Virus record (IMG/VR): IMGVR_UViG_3300047472_000309
Span: 62,001 to 126,000 of that record
Length of the DNA: 64,000 nt
Strand: one strand, 5' to 3'
Part shown: piece by piece, positions 18,688 to 28,149 of the stretch
Numbering within the stretch: position 1 is the stretch's first letter
Layout: every line of letters begins with the position of its first letter
The notes under the pieces: generated by a model
What the model saw: the letters and a program-made list of their open reading frames with translations, nothing else
Told to the model about the DNA's origin: nothing
Databases searched by the model: none
Position numbers and translations under genes: made by a program

Positions 18688-21174
18688 ATGCTCATTAACT
18701 CATTAGAGCTGGTCGGATATAAGCGGATCGCGCTCAATGGGCACACCCGCTTTATGATCCGTCCGGCTGAACGCATTCAACTCATTCTCGGCACCAACGG
18801 CTCTGGCAAATCCTCCTTGGTAAAGGAATTGACCCCGTTGCCTGCTGAGCCTAAGGAATACAGTAAAGATGGCTCTAAAACCATAACGATTACTCACCGT
18901 GGCAACACCTTTGTGCTCAAGAGCTGGTTCTCAGAAGGCAATAAGCACAGCTTCCTGAAGAACGGCCAGGAGCTTAACGATGGCCACACCATCACCGTGC
19001 AACGCAAGCTGGTGATGACCGAGTTCGGTGTCAACGATGACATCCATGAGCTGCTGCGCAATGCGATCCGTTTCCACACCATGGGACCGACCGATCGCCG
19101 CAAGTGGTTTACGATGCTCTCGGACGTGGACTACACCTACGCCATCGGTTTGTTCATGCGTCTGAAAGAAGCCGCCACGGTGACTTCGGGTGCGTTGAAG
19201 ATGGCCAAGAACAAGCTGGTGGCAGAAACCAGTAAGATCGTCACCGAGGAAGAGGAACGCAAGCTTAGTCAGGAAGTCGAAACCCTGATTGGGGAGATTG
19301 AACGGCTGCAGCGTCAGCGTGCCCCGTTGCCACGGCCCGTGTCGTCGTTTATGACGGAGCAGGAAGAGATTTTATCTGAGCTCTACACCATCTCGGATAA
19401 TCTGCTGCGCCATCGTACCTCCTTCTTTGGTTGGAAGGGATATGACTCAGTCGAACAGATCACTGAGGACATCGATACGACCAAGCAAGAGATTGCGGCC
19501 ACTGAAGCGCTCCTCAATAAAGCGGTGGAAGAGCACGGCAAGCTGAAGGAAAAGCAGGACTTACTGAAGAAGACCGGCGCCCAAGGTGTCGATGCACTCC
19601 TGCGACGGCTGCACCTTGCTCAGGAAACCCGCAACAAGCTTCTCTCAGCCCGTGTGTTGGGCTTGGAAGGCTTCAGTGCATCCCAGGCAGCGGCGGCACT
19701 CGAATCGGTCTACGGGGTGCTCTTTGCGTGCTTCTCGGAGATCCCCTCCAATGAGGATCGCCGCTTCAGTCAGACGAAGAATAACGAGAACCGTCAGAAG
19801 GTGCTCGAGCGGCGTGACCTGATCCTGCAAAAGGAAAAGGAGATTGCCCACTTCGCCGGGAAGAAGCAGCACATGGAGTCCCATAAGCAAGCCGGGAACA
19901 TCGAGTGCCCGAAGTGTCATCACCTGTGGGTGGTGGGCTACGATCCGGAGGTGATCCAGAAGTACGACGCAGCGATTGAATCGCGCGGCGAAGAGATCAC
20001 CAAGCTCAAGGCCGAGATCAAGGCACTCGAAGAAGAGATGGAGGCGTTTCAGACCTACCTCAATCTCTACATGGACTTTAACCGCTGTGTGAAGAACTGG
20101 CCTGCGCTGCAACCGTTCTGGGATCACCTCTTGCATCACGAGATGGTCATCAAGACGCCGCGCGTCGCGCTCATGCAACTCGACCTGCTTAAACAGGATC
20201 TGGTGCAAGAGCTCGCCGCTGAGCGACAGGAGCGGGAAATCGCTGACATCAAGGAACTCATCAAACAAGCTGAACAGCTCGGTGATGCGAACCTGAACGA
20301 AGTGACGGAGTCGTTGGTCAAGGTAACGGGCACGGTCGAAGAGCTCACGGGCAAGCTGAACCGACTCAATAAGCATCTGCAACAAACGATGGCCTACCGG
20401 CGTCAGATGTCAGACGTGCAGTCGACCGGGCAGCGCCTGGAGCAGATGATCGGTCAAGCGGAAGACGCCACCAAAGAACTGGTGGAGATGCTGCGTCGCG
20501 AAGCGATCCAAAATGCAATCAATGCGCTGCAACTGTCGCTCGCCCACAAGAACTCGGCCTTGCAGGAGATGAAGCTCCAAAAGGGCATCATCGCCGAGTT
20601 AGAAAAGACGATTGCGCAGTATGCCTTGCGTGACGAAACCTTAAAGCTGATGGTCAAGGAGATGTCGCCGACCGATGGCTTGATTGCCGAAGGGCTGCTT
20701 GGTTTCATTCGGCGCTTTGTGCGGGAGATGAACCATCTCATCAAGAAGATCTGGGCCTATCCGCTGGAGATTCAACCCTGCGGCGTAGCGACGGATCGTG
20801 GCGCGGAGCTCGACTACAAGTTCCCGCTGATGGTGCAGGACCGTGCCAATATTCGCGACGATGTCAAGAATGGCAGTAGTGGCATGCAGGAAGTCGTCGA
20901 CCTGGCCTTTAAGGTGGTCGCCATGAAGTATCTGGGCTTAGGCGAAGCACCGTTGTTGCTGGACGAATTCGGCGCGAGCTTTGACCTGGAGCACCGCACC
21001 GCTGCATCGAGCTGTATTAAGAACCTGATGGATACACAGCACTTCTCGCAGTTGTACATGATCTCGCACTACGAAAGTGGTTACGGGTCGTTTACCAATG
21101 CGCAGACCTGTGTCTTGGATGCCCGCAACATCACGGTACCGAGCGTGTACAATCAGCACGTCACTATGCAGTAA
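18688..21174 (+). CDS. sbcC: SbcC/Rad50-like SMC ATPase
   Basis: Walker A GTNGSGKS, long coiled coils, CPKC zinc hook, signature SSGMQ, Walker B LLLDE, ISH. Confidence 0.92.
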   Translation: MLINSLELVGYKRIALNGHTRFMIRPAERIQLILGTNGSGKSSLVKELTPLPAEPKEYSKDGSKTITITHRGNTFVLKSWFSEGNKHSFLKNGQELNDGHTITVQRKLVMTEFGVNDDIHELLRNAIRFHTMGPTDRRKWFTMLSDVDYTYAIGLFMRLKEAATVTSGALKMAKNKLVAETSKIVTEEEERKLSQEVETLIGEIERLQRQRAPLPRPVSSFMTEQEEILSELYTISDNLLRHRTSFFGWKGYDSVEQITEDIDTTKQEIAATEALLNKAVEEHGKLKEKQDLLKKTGAQGVDALLRRLHLAQETRNKLLSARVLGLEGFSASQAAAALESVYGVLFACFSEIPSNEDRRFSQTKNNENRQKVLERRDLILQKEKEIAHFAGKKQHMESHKQAGNIECPKCHHLWVVGYDPEVIQKYDAAIESRGEEITKLKAEIKALEEEMEAFQTYLNLYMDFNRCVKNWPALQPFWDHLLHHEMVIKTPRVALMQLDLLKQDLVQELAAERQEREIADIKELIKQAEQLGDANLNEVTESLVKVTGTVEELTGKLNRLNKHLQQTMAYRRQMSDVQSTGQRLEQMIGQAEDATKELVEMLRREAIQNAINALQLSLAHKNSALQEMKLQKGIIAELEKTIAQYALRDETLKLMVKEMSPTDGLIAEGLLGFIRRFVREMNHLIKKIWAYPLEIQPCGVATDRGAELDYKFPLMVQDRANIRDDVKNGSSGMQEVVDLAFKVVAMKYLGLGEAPLLLDEFGASFDLEHRTAASSCIKNLMDTQHFSQLYMISHYESGYGSFTNAQTCVLDARNITVPSVYNQHVTMQ

Positions 21175-21197
21175 CTTAATGAGGAAAGAAAAGAAAC

Positions 21198-22184
21198 ATG
21201 AACCAGCAAGAGATCATCATCCATCCCGAACAAGACGAGCTGTCGATGTCGCCGACCGAGCTCCTGGAAAAGCGCCTGAACCGCGTGAACCTGGCGCTCT
21301 CGCAATTGCAGCAACTGCACATGAACACCATCACCGAGATGCAGAAGGACGTGGTGTTCTCGCTGCACGTGATCGAGGCCCTGAAGGGCTTCCTGCCTGG
21401 TGCCGTGGTGGACGACGCTGTCGCAGCGGCCACGGCCGCCACCGCTTCGGTGGGTGCTTACCGGCAGCAGCCTGCGGCAACCAATGCAGGTGCTTCAGCA
21501 CAGCGCCCGGCACCGGGCAAGCTGCCGATCACGCCCGCCGGTACGCAGGCTAATCCGGCGTTGCCGCCGGTGCGCCATCCGGGTCACAGCAGCATCAATG
21601 CCGCAGCGGAAGCCGCCAAGAATGCCGTCGAAACACTCGGCGAGAACATTCGCACGCACTTGCAACACCCGGCACCGGAAACCCCGGCGCGTCAACCGCG
21701 CTCGCTGCAAACCCTGCATCGTCCGACGCCCAAGCAAAAGCACGTGGGTGAGCCGGTCAGCGAAGCGGCGAGCGCGGCCGATTACCTCGGTCACTTCGTC
21801 GGCTCGGGTTCGGTGTTTGCCAAGTACTTCTCGCCGGAAGTCTACATCCTCGGGCGCGGCTTCGTGAAACCGGGCTACGGTGGCTTCGGGGAATACGAAG
21901 AAGACGTGCTGCGTATCGCGCCCCAGCAGTTGCGCGAGTACGACTACCCGAGCGGCTTTTACACCGATGAAGCGACCAAGCTCTTGCAGTTCTATCTCGG
22001 CAACGCCAAGATGCAAGTGACGGTGAGCAACTTGCCGAATACGGAGATCGACGTGTGGGTGTCGTTCGCCCCGTTCAACGATCGTCAGCACATCCGTTCG
22101 CTGAACCCGCAAGCAATGCAGCTGGTGTTCGGCACGGTGAGCGCGATCTTCAACGCCGGTGAGCGACTGGCGAGCCAGCAGTAA
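21198..22184 (+). CDS. Hypothetical protein (coiled coil + Pro/Ala linker + globular C-terminus)
   Basis: ORF with purine-rich RBS and strong codon bias. Confidence 0.75.
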   Translation: MNQQEIIIHPEQDELSMSPTELLEKRLNRVNLALSQLQQLHMNTITEMQKDVVFSLHVIEALKGFLPGAVVDDAVAAATAATASVGAYRQQPAATNAGASAQRPAPGKLPITPAGTQANPALPPVRHPGHSSINAAAEAAKNAVETLGENIRTHLQHPAPETPARQPRSLQTLHRPTPKQKHVGEPVSEAASAADYLGHFVGSGSVFAKYFSPEVYILGRGFVKPGYGGFGEYEEDVLRIAPQQLREYDYPSGFYTDEATKLLQFYLGNAKMQVTVSNLPNTEIDVWVSFAPFNDRQHIRSLNPQAMQLVFGTVSAIFNAGERLASQQ

Positions 22185-22200
22185 GCCCGTGTTGTACCCT

Positions 22201-22258
22201 CGGTCATAAACCCCCGTGCCTATCCTCTTCACAGGGGACGGGCCGGGGGTTTATGCCG
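22201..22258. terminator. Bidirectional CGGTCATA-hairpin-TATGCCG element
   Basis: cggtcataaacccccg...cgggggtttatgccg. Confidence 0.75.
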
Positions 22259-23536
22259 TTATGACGTCGAGCCGCTCGTGCCGCTATCGAAGTCAGTACC
22301 GATCTTTAGGAAGAAGGCCCGTGACGGAATCGAGACTTCCTGGCTTGTACGGGCGCTATTCACGCAGTCCGCATTGCGCCAGTCGACCGTATTGTAAGTG
22401 CGCTGGTTCCAACGGTTATCGTACACCGTCAGGGCCCAGCGACCATCTTCTTGCACCGACCAGTAATCCGCCAGCTTGCCATGGCCGTTCACTAGCGGGT
22501 ACTTCGGCTCCTGGTTCGACACCAAGATATTGGTGAGCTTACCCGTGTAGACCTTCTCGGTTTCGATGAAGACTTCCGGGTTATCCAGAATCACAAAGAA
22601 CGACTGGCTCATCGTCGCATACGCCACCAGGTTCTCGTCGGACAAGAAGTCCGCCACATTAATCTTGGACGGATCATGCGCATCGCGATCAAAAGGTAGA
22701 CCCGAGAAGTCGAGGTATTGCATCGACTCGTGGTAGCGCTCGAGAATCGGCAGATTGTTAAAGTTAATCCCCACCGACGTCGCACTGACCCGGAAGAAAG
22801 TCTGCGGATCGAGAATGTGCAAGTAGCCACCCAGCACCAACATCACGGTTTTATTCGTGATGTCCACTCCCAGATTCACGTACATCTGGTTGCGATAGGC
22901 TTGGTTGCTATTTTGCTTGTAGATCATTGACGGCTGAATCGCCACGTACTGCAAGCTACCGAGCTTCTGGAAGTTCAGCAGACCAAACTGATTCTGCTTG
23001 GAGAGGTTGCGGCTCACCATCCCGTCCATCACCCAGGCAGCGGTGGGGACCGCGTCGATATTGTGGAAGTAACCATTGATCGTCACCATGCAGCTCTTAT
23101 AAAAGAGCTCAAAGTCGATCGAGTTCCCCTCGGCGTCGGTCTTGGTGAGATACAGCCAGGTCTTCTCCGACATCGGCAACTGCGCATCGGGCGCAGCCAA
23201 CTTATTGACGGGCTGCACTTTGTAGCCTGCGCGAAAGCCATCCTTGTACTCGGCGTACTGCGGCTTAAGCGTGGGGATGGTGGTAGACGTCGGTAACGCC
23301 GCGTCACCGTTTTGGGTGAGAAACTCATTGAACGTCATCGACAAGCCACCATCGGCAGCTTGGATTTGCGAGAGGTCCAAACTGACCTGACCGCTCACAT
23401 ACGGATTGGTCAGGACTGCGTACACCTTCAGGTAGCTGGAATAGATCTGGCTCAAGGGCATCGCGCCAATGTCCACACTTTCCCATCGACCTGCGCTCGC
23501 AAACGATTTACCGATAGCTGAGACTAACGTATACAT
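22259..23536 (-). CDS. Virion structural protein, 425 aa
   Basis: GGAG RBS; located in the tail/baseplate gene region. Confidence 0.65.
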   Translation of the reverse strand: MYTLVSAIGKSFASAGRWESVDIGAMPLSQIYSSYLKVYAVLTNPYVSGQVSLDLSQIQAADGGLSMTFNEFLTQNGDAALPTSTTIPTLKPQYAEYKDGFRAGYKVQPVNKLAAPDAQLPMSEKTWLYLTKTDAEGNSIDFELFYKSCMVTINGYFHNIDAVPTAAWVMDGMVSRNLSKQNQFGLLNFQKLGSLQYVAIQPSMIYKQNSNQAYRNQMYVNLGVDITNKTVMLVLGGYLHILDPQTFFRVSATSVGINFNNLPILERYHESMQYLDFSGLPFDRDAHDPSKINVADFLSDENLVAYATMSQSFFVILDNPEVFIETEKVYTGKLTNILVSNQEPKYPLVNGHGKLADYWSVQEDGRWALTVYDNRWNQRTYNTVDWRNADCVNSARTSQEVSIPSRAFFLKIGTDFDSGTSGSTS

Positions 23537-23647
23537 GCCGTGGCTCCGGGGAAAAATCTTTTGAATACTATGATTGTAGCTTTGTTGTAGTCTTGGAAGA
23601 TAGACTAAAACCTATAGAATATCGCCTTCACCCGCTGGGAGAAAAGA

Positions 23648-25477
23648 ATGGCATTGAATTTGAATGACCTCGCTTACCCGTTTGATCCCACGGGCTCGCT
23701 TGCGTCGAACAAGATCACCAACGAGCAGCAAATCCTGACGGCGGTGAATTGGACCGATTACCAGATCATCGTGCCGCGCTGGGCGCCGTTCTTTGACGCA
23801 AGTGTGAGCCTGACCATCACGGACGCCCAAGGCAACGTCACGCCGCTACAACGCGGTAAGGACTGGTATCCGTGTTTTGAATTTATCTCCGCCTCGCGCG
23901 CCTGCGCCGCCCCCATCTGGGGTGGCATCCAGTTTGTCAATCCGCTCCTGGCTGGGGTGGTCAAGGTCAGCTATCAGACGCTCGGCGGCATGTGGACGCT
24001 GGATGAGGCAGGCGTCTCGGCCCTGCTTGCGGATCGTACAGCTAATCCGCGAATCACAGCTTGGGAGCAAGTCGTCGACCAACCGGTGATGTTCCCGGTG
24101 ATCGATCACGAGTGGGATCTCGTGGACATGGTCGGGGCGACAGACCTGGTCAACGCACTCGGCGACATCGAAACCGCATTGCGTCAAACGGGTTCCACGG
24201 GCCTGGCGGCCCACTTGGCGGACTTCACCAACCCGCACCGGGTAACGGCCACGCAAGTCGGCCTGGGTAATGTACAGAACTACGGCATCGCGCAAGCGGC
24301 TGACCTGGCAGCTGGGACGAGCAACAGCGTCTACATTACGCCGGGTGGCGTGACGACGATGATGAACGCGGGTCCGAATGCAGCGATTGCTGCGCACGCG
24401 GCACGTACTGACAACCCGCATGCGACCACCGCGCATGAAGTAGGAGCGTACACGCAAGCGGAAGTCGATCAGCTGCTATCGGGCTATACGCCTTCCGGCG
24501 GATCGGCAGCAGATTCGCTGCTCTTTGACGGCATGGATGCAACGACCTATCGGGACTGGGCACTCTCCACCGGCGTGGCTTCGAACTCGTCGAAGTTTGG
24601 CGGTCAAACCCCGGCTGACTTCACGGCCGCTGTGCTCGGCGGGACTGCTGCGAACGCCAATCAGCTCGCAGGCCATACCTACGCCCAAGTGCTCTCGGAT
24701 GCGTTGGCGGGTAAAGCGGCCGACACGTTTGAATTTAACGGCATGGACCCTGCCACGTTTGCGGCGTGGGTGCTCAACAATGGTGCCGCTTCGAACGCGT
24801 TGAAAGTTAACGGCATGACCCCGGCGGACTTTGCGACCTGGGTGCTGAATAACAACGGTCCGGCGGCAGACTCCAGCATGCTCGGCGGTTACACGCTTGC
24901 GCAGGTGTTGGCCCAAGCCGGTTCGGGCGCAGGCACGGCCTTTGCTCCGCAGGTGCTCTTTAATCCGACCAGCAGCGAAACCGGTACGGATTACTGGAGT
25001 GAGCTCGGTCAGATCCCGCTGCCGTCGGCGACCGACCCGGAACTCTCGGGCTACAACGATATTCGTTGGTTGCTCTCGGGCGGGGATTCGAATGGTCAGC
25101 TGGTGTCGGGTGCTTACCTGATCTGCTTTAACATCCGGGGACCCTCGGGCAGTCAAGTGACAATGAGCGTCACCAACATGGTGGCGAGCGATCCGGGTGC
25201 CCAGTTTGGCTACACGATCGAGAACGTCACGGTGGGCGGCACGGCTGTCCCGACCATTCGCGTCTGGATGAAGACGGGTCCGAACCTGAACGCCTACACG
25301 GTCACGCAGCTCTCCGATGATTCGTCCAAGCTCGTGACGAATAGCCGGGTGGCGGTGGCGCCTGCCAGCATCGTCTACGCGACGACGGATCGGTTTGCCC
25401 TGGAGTCAGAAGTCGTCAACATGGTGGACACACTGACCACATTGTTCAACCAGCTGGCCGCTTCGATTAGCAGCTGA
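23648..25477 (+). CDS. Tail fibre/baseplate-attached protein with NPH motifs and about 25-aa repeats
   Basis: N-terminal YPFDPTG domain paralogous to the next gene; NPH.VTA.QVGLGNV motifs; six FxG.xxA.F/Y...L repeats. Confidence 0.75.
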   Translation: MALNLNDLAYPFDPTGSLASNKITNEQQILTAVNWTDYQIIVPRWAPFFDASVSLTITDAQGNVTPLQRGKDWYPCFEFISASRACAAPIWGGIQFVNPLLAGVVKVSYQTLGGMWTLDEAGVSALLADRTANPRITAWEQVVDQPVMFPVIDHEWDLVDMVGATDLVNALGDIETALRQTGSTGLAAHLADFTNPHRVTATQVGLGNVQNYGIAQAADLAAGTSNSVYITPGGVTTMMNAGPNAAIAAHAARTDNPHATTAHEVGAYTQAEVDQLLSGYTPSGGSAADSLLFDGMDATTYRDWALSTGVASNSSKFGGQTPADFTAAVLGGTAANANQLAGHTYAQVLSDALAGKAADTFEFNGMDPATFAAWVLNNGAASNALKVNGMTPADFATWVLNNNGPAADSSMLGGYTLAQVLAQAGSGAGTAFAPQVLFNPTSSETGTDYWSELGQIPLPSATDPELSGYNDIRWLLSGGDSNGQLVSGAYLICFNIRGPSGSQVTMSVTNMVASDPGAQFGYTIENVTVGGTAVPTIRVWMKTGPNLNAYTVTQLSDDSSKLVTNSRVAVAPASIVYATTDRFALESEVVNMVDTLTTLFNQLAASISS

Positions 25478-25495
25478 TAAATAGCGCGATGCAAC

Positions 25496-25540
25496 ACACC
25501 TCTGGCTGGGGTCATCCTGGCCAGAGGTGATTGTGTCGTT
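25496..25540 (+). terminator. Intergenic hairpin without the TATG motif
   Basis: cacctctggctgg...ctggccagaggtg. Confidence 0.4.
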
Positions 25541-25567
25541 CGGACAAGATTAGGAGTTAGTAAACAA

Positions 25568-27061
25568 ATGACGCCGCTTCTCATTCGGTATCCGCTGGAC
25601 CCGACGGGCGTAAGCCCTAACAATCTGGTCACGGGCGAAATTCAAAACCTGACCGCTAACCGTAATGTGCGCGCAATCGCGCCGTTCTACGGAGCCTTCT
25701 TTACCGAGTCGCTGGTCATCACGGACATGGCGACCAACCAGCCGCTCACCACCAGCCAGTACTATGCAGCAGAAATGTACGAGCTGCCGACCGCGCGTTA
25801 CGGTAAGGAGATCTGTGCGGTCATCCTGATCACCGACCCCACGGTCAGCAATCAGGTGTCGCTGCAGTATCAAACGCTCGGTGGTCCGTACGGTACCTCC
25901 GCGCAAGCGATTATCCAGCAGATCGAAAACCTGCAACTGGATACCCGGCCGGTGGCCTGGGGTGATATCCTGGGTCGTCCGAGCGCGTTCCCGCCTGCGT
26001 TCCACTTGCACGACATTGGTGACGTGTACGGCTTCGAGTACTTGGTGCATGCGATTGACCGTCTGCGCGACGCGATTGAAGTGGGCGATAGTGCTCAGTA
26101 CGATCAGATTTACGCGTACATCGATCACGTGCAGCAAGTGCTGCAAGCGGAAATCGATTCGGGTAATACTGCTTTCAACGCCCACTTGACGGACTTCAAC
26201 AATCCGCACAAGGTCAGTGCTGCACAGCTGAACGTCTACACCAAGCCGCAGGCCGATGCGATCACCACGCCGATCAATACGGCCGTGACCAATCACATCG
26301 CCAACCGGAACAACCCGCACGGCGTGACAGTCGCGCAGCTCAATACGTACGATGGCCCGACCATCGACACGAAGATCGCCAACGCGACCAATGCCGTGAA
26401 GATCGGTTTCACGCCGGTGCAGCAAGGCGGTGGGGCCAATCAGGGCAGCAACAAGATCTATCTGGGCTGGGATGGTTCGCGCTTGCGCCTGCAGGTGGAC
26501 TCGACCGACATCGGTGGCATCGTGTCGTACAGCGAGCTGCAATCGAACGTCAGCAATCTGCAGAACCAGATCAATGCGCGGGTGGTGATCGGTAACACGA
26601 TCGCTTACACGGGGATTAACCAGTCGGTGAGCTTCTGGGACGTCACAGCCAACGGCACGCTGTACTCGGCCCATGACATCTGGGCCTTCTGGTCCGATGA
26701 ACGCCTGAAAGAGAACATTCGTCAGATCGAGCTGCCGTTGGAGAAGATCCGTCAGCTGATGGGTATTCTCTACACCCACAACCAGCTTGCGCATGACCTC
26801 ACGGGTTGCGATACCGAAACCGAGCATATGGGTCTGCTCGCGCAGCAAGTCTTCGCCGTGTGTCCGCAGTTGGTCGGCCCAGCACCGTTTGACCTGGTCT
26901 ACGACGACGAGGGTAACGTGATTCCGGGCGTGTCGAAGTCGGGTGAGTTCTACATCACGATCAAGTACGATAAGCTCGTGGCCTTGCTGGTCGAAGGGGT
27001 CAAGGCTCTGGACGGTCAGGTGCGGGATCACGAAGCGCGCTTGCAAGCACTGGGGGTGTAA
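25568..27061 (+). CDS. Tail fibre with C-terminal intramolecular chaperone (peptidase S74)
   Basis: YPLDPTG N-terminus, NPH motifs, GFTPVQQGGG, WSDERLKENI...GLLAQQV...YDKLVALLVEGVKAL. Confidence 0.85.
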   Translation: MTPLLIRYPLDPTGVSPNNLVTGEIQNLTANRNVRAIAPFYGAFFTESLVITDMATNQPLTTSQYYAAEMYELPTARYGKEICAVILITDPTVSNQVSLQYQTLGGPYGTSAQAIIQQIENLQLDTRPVAWGDILGRPSAFPPAFHLHDIGDVYGFEYLVHAIDRLRDAIEVGDSAQYDQIYAYIDHVQQVLQAEIDSGNTAFNAHLTDFNNPHKVSAAQLNVYTKPQADAITTPINTAVTNHIANRNNPHGVTVAQLNTYDGPTIDTKIANATNAVKIGFTPVQQGGGANQGSNKIYLGWDGSRLRLQVDSTDIGGIVSYSELQSNVSNLQNQINARVVIGNTIAYTGINQSVSFWDVTANGTLYSAHDIWAFWSDERLKENIRQIELPLEKIRQLMGILYTHNQLAHDLTGCDTETEHMGLLAQQVFAVCPQLVGPAPFDLVYDDEGNVIPGVSKSGEFYITIKYDKLVALLVEGVKALDGQVRDHEARLQALGV

Positions 27062-27064
27062 ACC

Positions 27065-27574
27065 ATGACGATGCAATCCTCTGGCGCGATCAGTATCGGA
27101 CAGGCGATGGCAGAGTGTGGGATTGGCCAGCAGCAGTACGACGCAGCTGGCGTACCGATCTCGATGCTCGCAGGCGTGGGTTCGGGGGCGCAATACGCCT
27201 GGTCGTATTGGTACGGAAAGTCGAACCTGACCACCTACAACAATGCGCTCTTTGCCCAGTACGCGATGTACATTGACCGCAACGGTTATCTGTCGCTTAA
27301 CTTCCGTACCGGAGCGTATAACGGGTATGGCTTTAACGGGGATCACGGCCCGCATTTGTCGTTCTGTAATTTGCAGATGGCGCCGATTGATAAGATCGCG
27401 CAGTACCGCACCGTGCAGTGTACGCCGCAAAAGTACGCCGGTCGTTCGAACGTGTCGTTGCAACAAGCACCGAACGCAGGCAACGACTGGACGGCCATCT
27501 TCTACAACGACGATAACCCTTGGGGTGGTGCGACCGATGTCGGGGTGAATGTACTGATCACCGCGATTCCTTAA
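27065..27574 (+). CDS. Putative tail-fibre tip/adhesin protein
   Basis: MTMQSSGAISIG N-terminus typical of small proteins following S74 fibres; rich in aromatic residues and Gly. Confidence 0.5.
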   Translation: MTMQSSGAISIGQAMAECGIGQQQYDAAGVPISMLAGVGSGAQYAWSYWYGKSNLTTYNNALFAQYAMYIDRNGYLSLNFRTGAYNGYGFNGDHGPHLSFCNLQMAPIDKIAQYRTVQCTPQKYAGRSNVSLQQAPNAGNDWTAIFYNDDNPWGGATDVGVNVLITAIP

Positions 27575-27583
27575 GGACTCACG

Positions 27584-28033
27584 ATGAAGCTTAATCTGAA
27601 CCAACCCGCTGCGCAGATTCTGTTGGATCTGATCTGGCGCAGTAACGGCCTCTGGTTGCAACAGGACTACATGGAGTTCGGCACGCCGGTGGCGATCGGC
27701 AATGCAGCTTCCTGTGGTCCGGATACCTTGATTACGGTCACTGCTGACCAGATCGAGGATAACCGCTTCGAAGGCAGTCAGCAGATTCTGTATCGACGCT
27801 TGCCGCTGGATGAAGTGTTGCTGCCTGCAGTGTCGTTGACGGTCGCAGCTTTGCCGTTTAACCTCGTCGATCTGCTCCCGGCGATCAATCAAGCCTATCA
27901 GCTGCAACTCACCGCAGCCGATATCGTGAATACCCAGTATGCGGACCTCACCCAGCCTGTCGTACTGGCTGCTGCGCCTGAATCGCTCTGTTATAGCGGC
28001 CAAGTGCAACTGACCGTCGTAACGGTACCTTAG
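27584..28033 (+). CDS. Small virion/tail-associated protein
   Basis: AAGGA RBS; YRRL motif; last gene of the fibre operon. Confidence 0.6.
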   Translation: MKLNLNQPAAQILLDLIWRSNGLWLQQDYMEFGTPVAIGNAASCGPDTLITVTADQIEDNRFEGSQQILYRRLPLDEVLLPAVSLTVAALPFNLVDLLPAINQAYQLQLTAADIVNTQYADLTQPVVLAAAPESLCYSGQVQLTVVTVP

Positions 28034-28047
28034 AAGCCTTCAGTTAA

Positions 28048-28106
28048 CGTCATAGAGGCCTTTCCCGCCCCTCGCAACCATGAGGGTAGGGAAAGGCCTT
28101 ATGCCG
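28048..28106. terminator. Bidirectional CGTCATA-hairpin-TATGCCG element
   Basis: cgtcatag aggcctttccc...gggaaaggcct tatgccg. Confidence 0.75.
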
Positions 28107-28149
28107 CTATGACAACGCCTCTGAGAGGCTCTCAGTGCGTTTACTGCAT

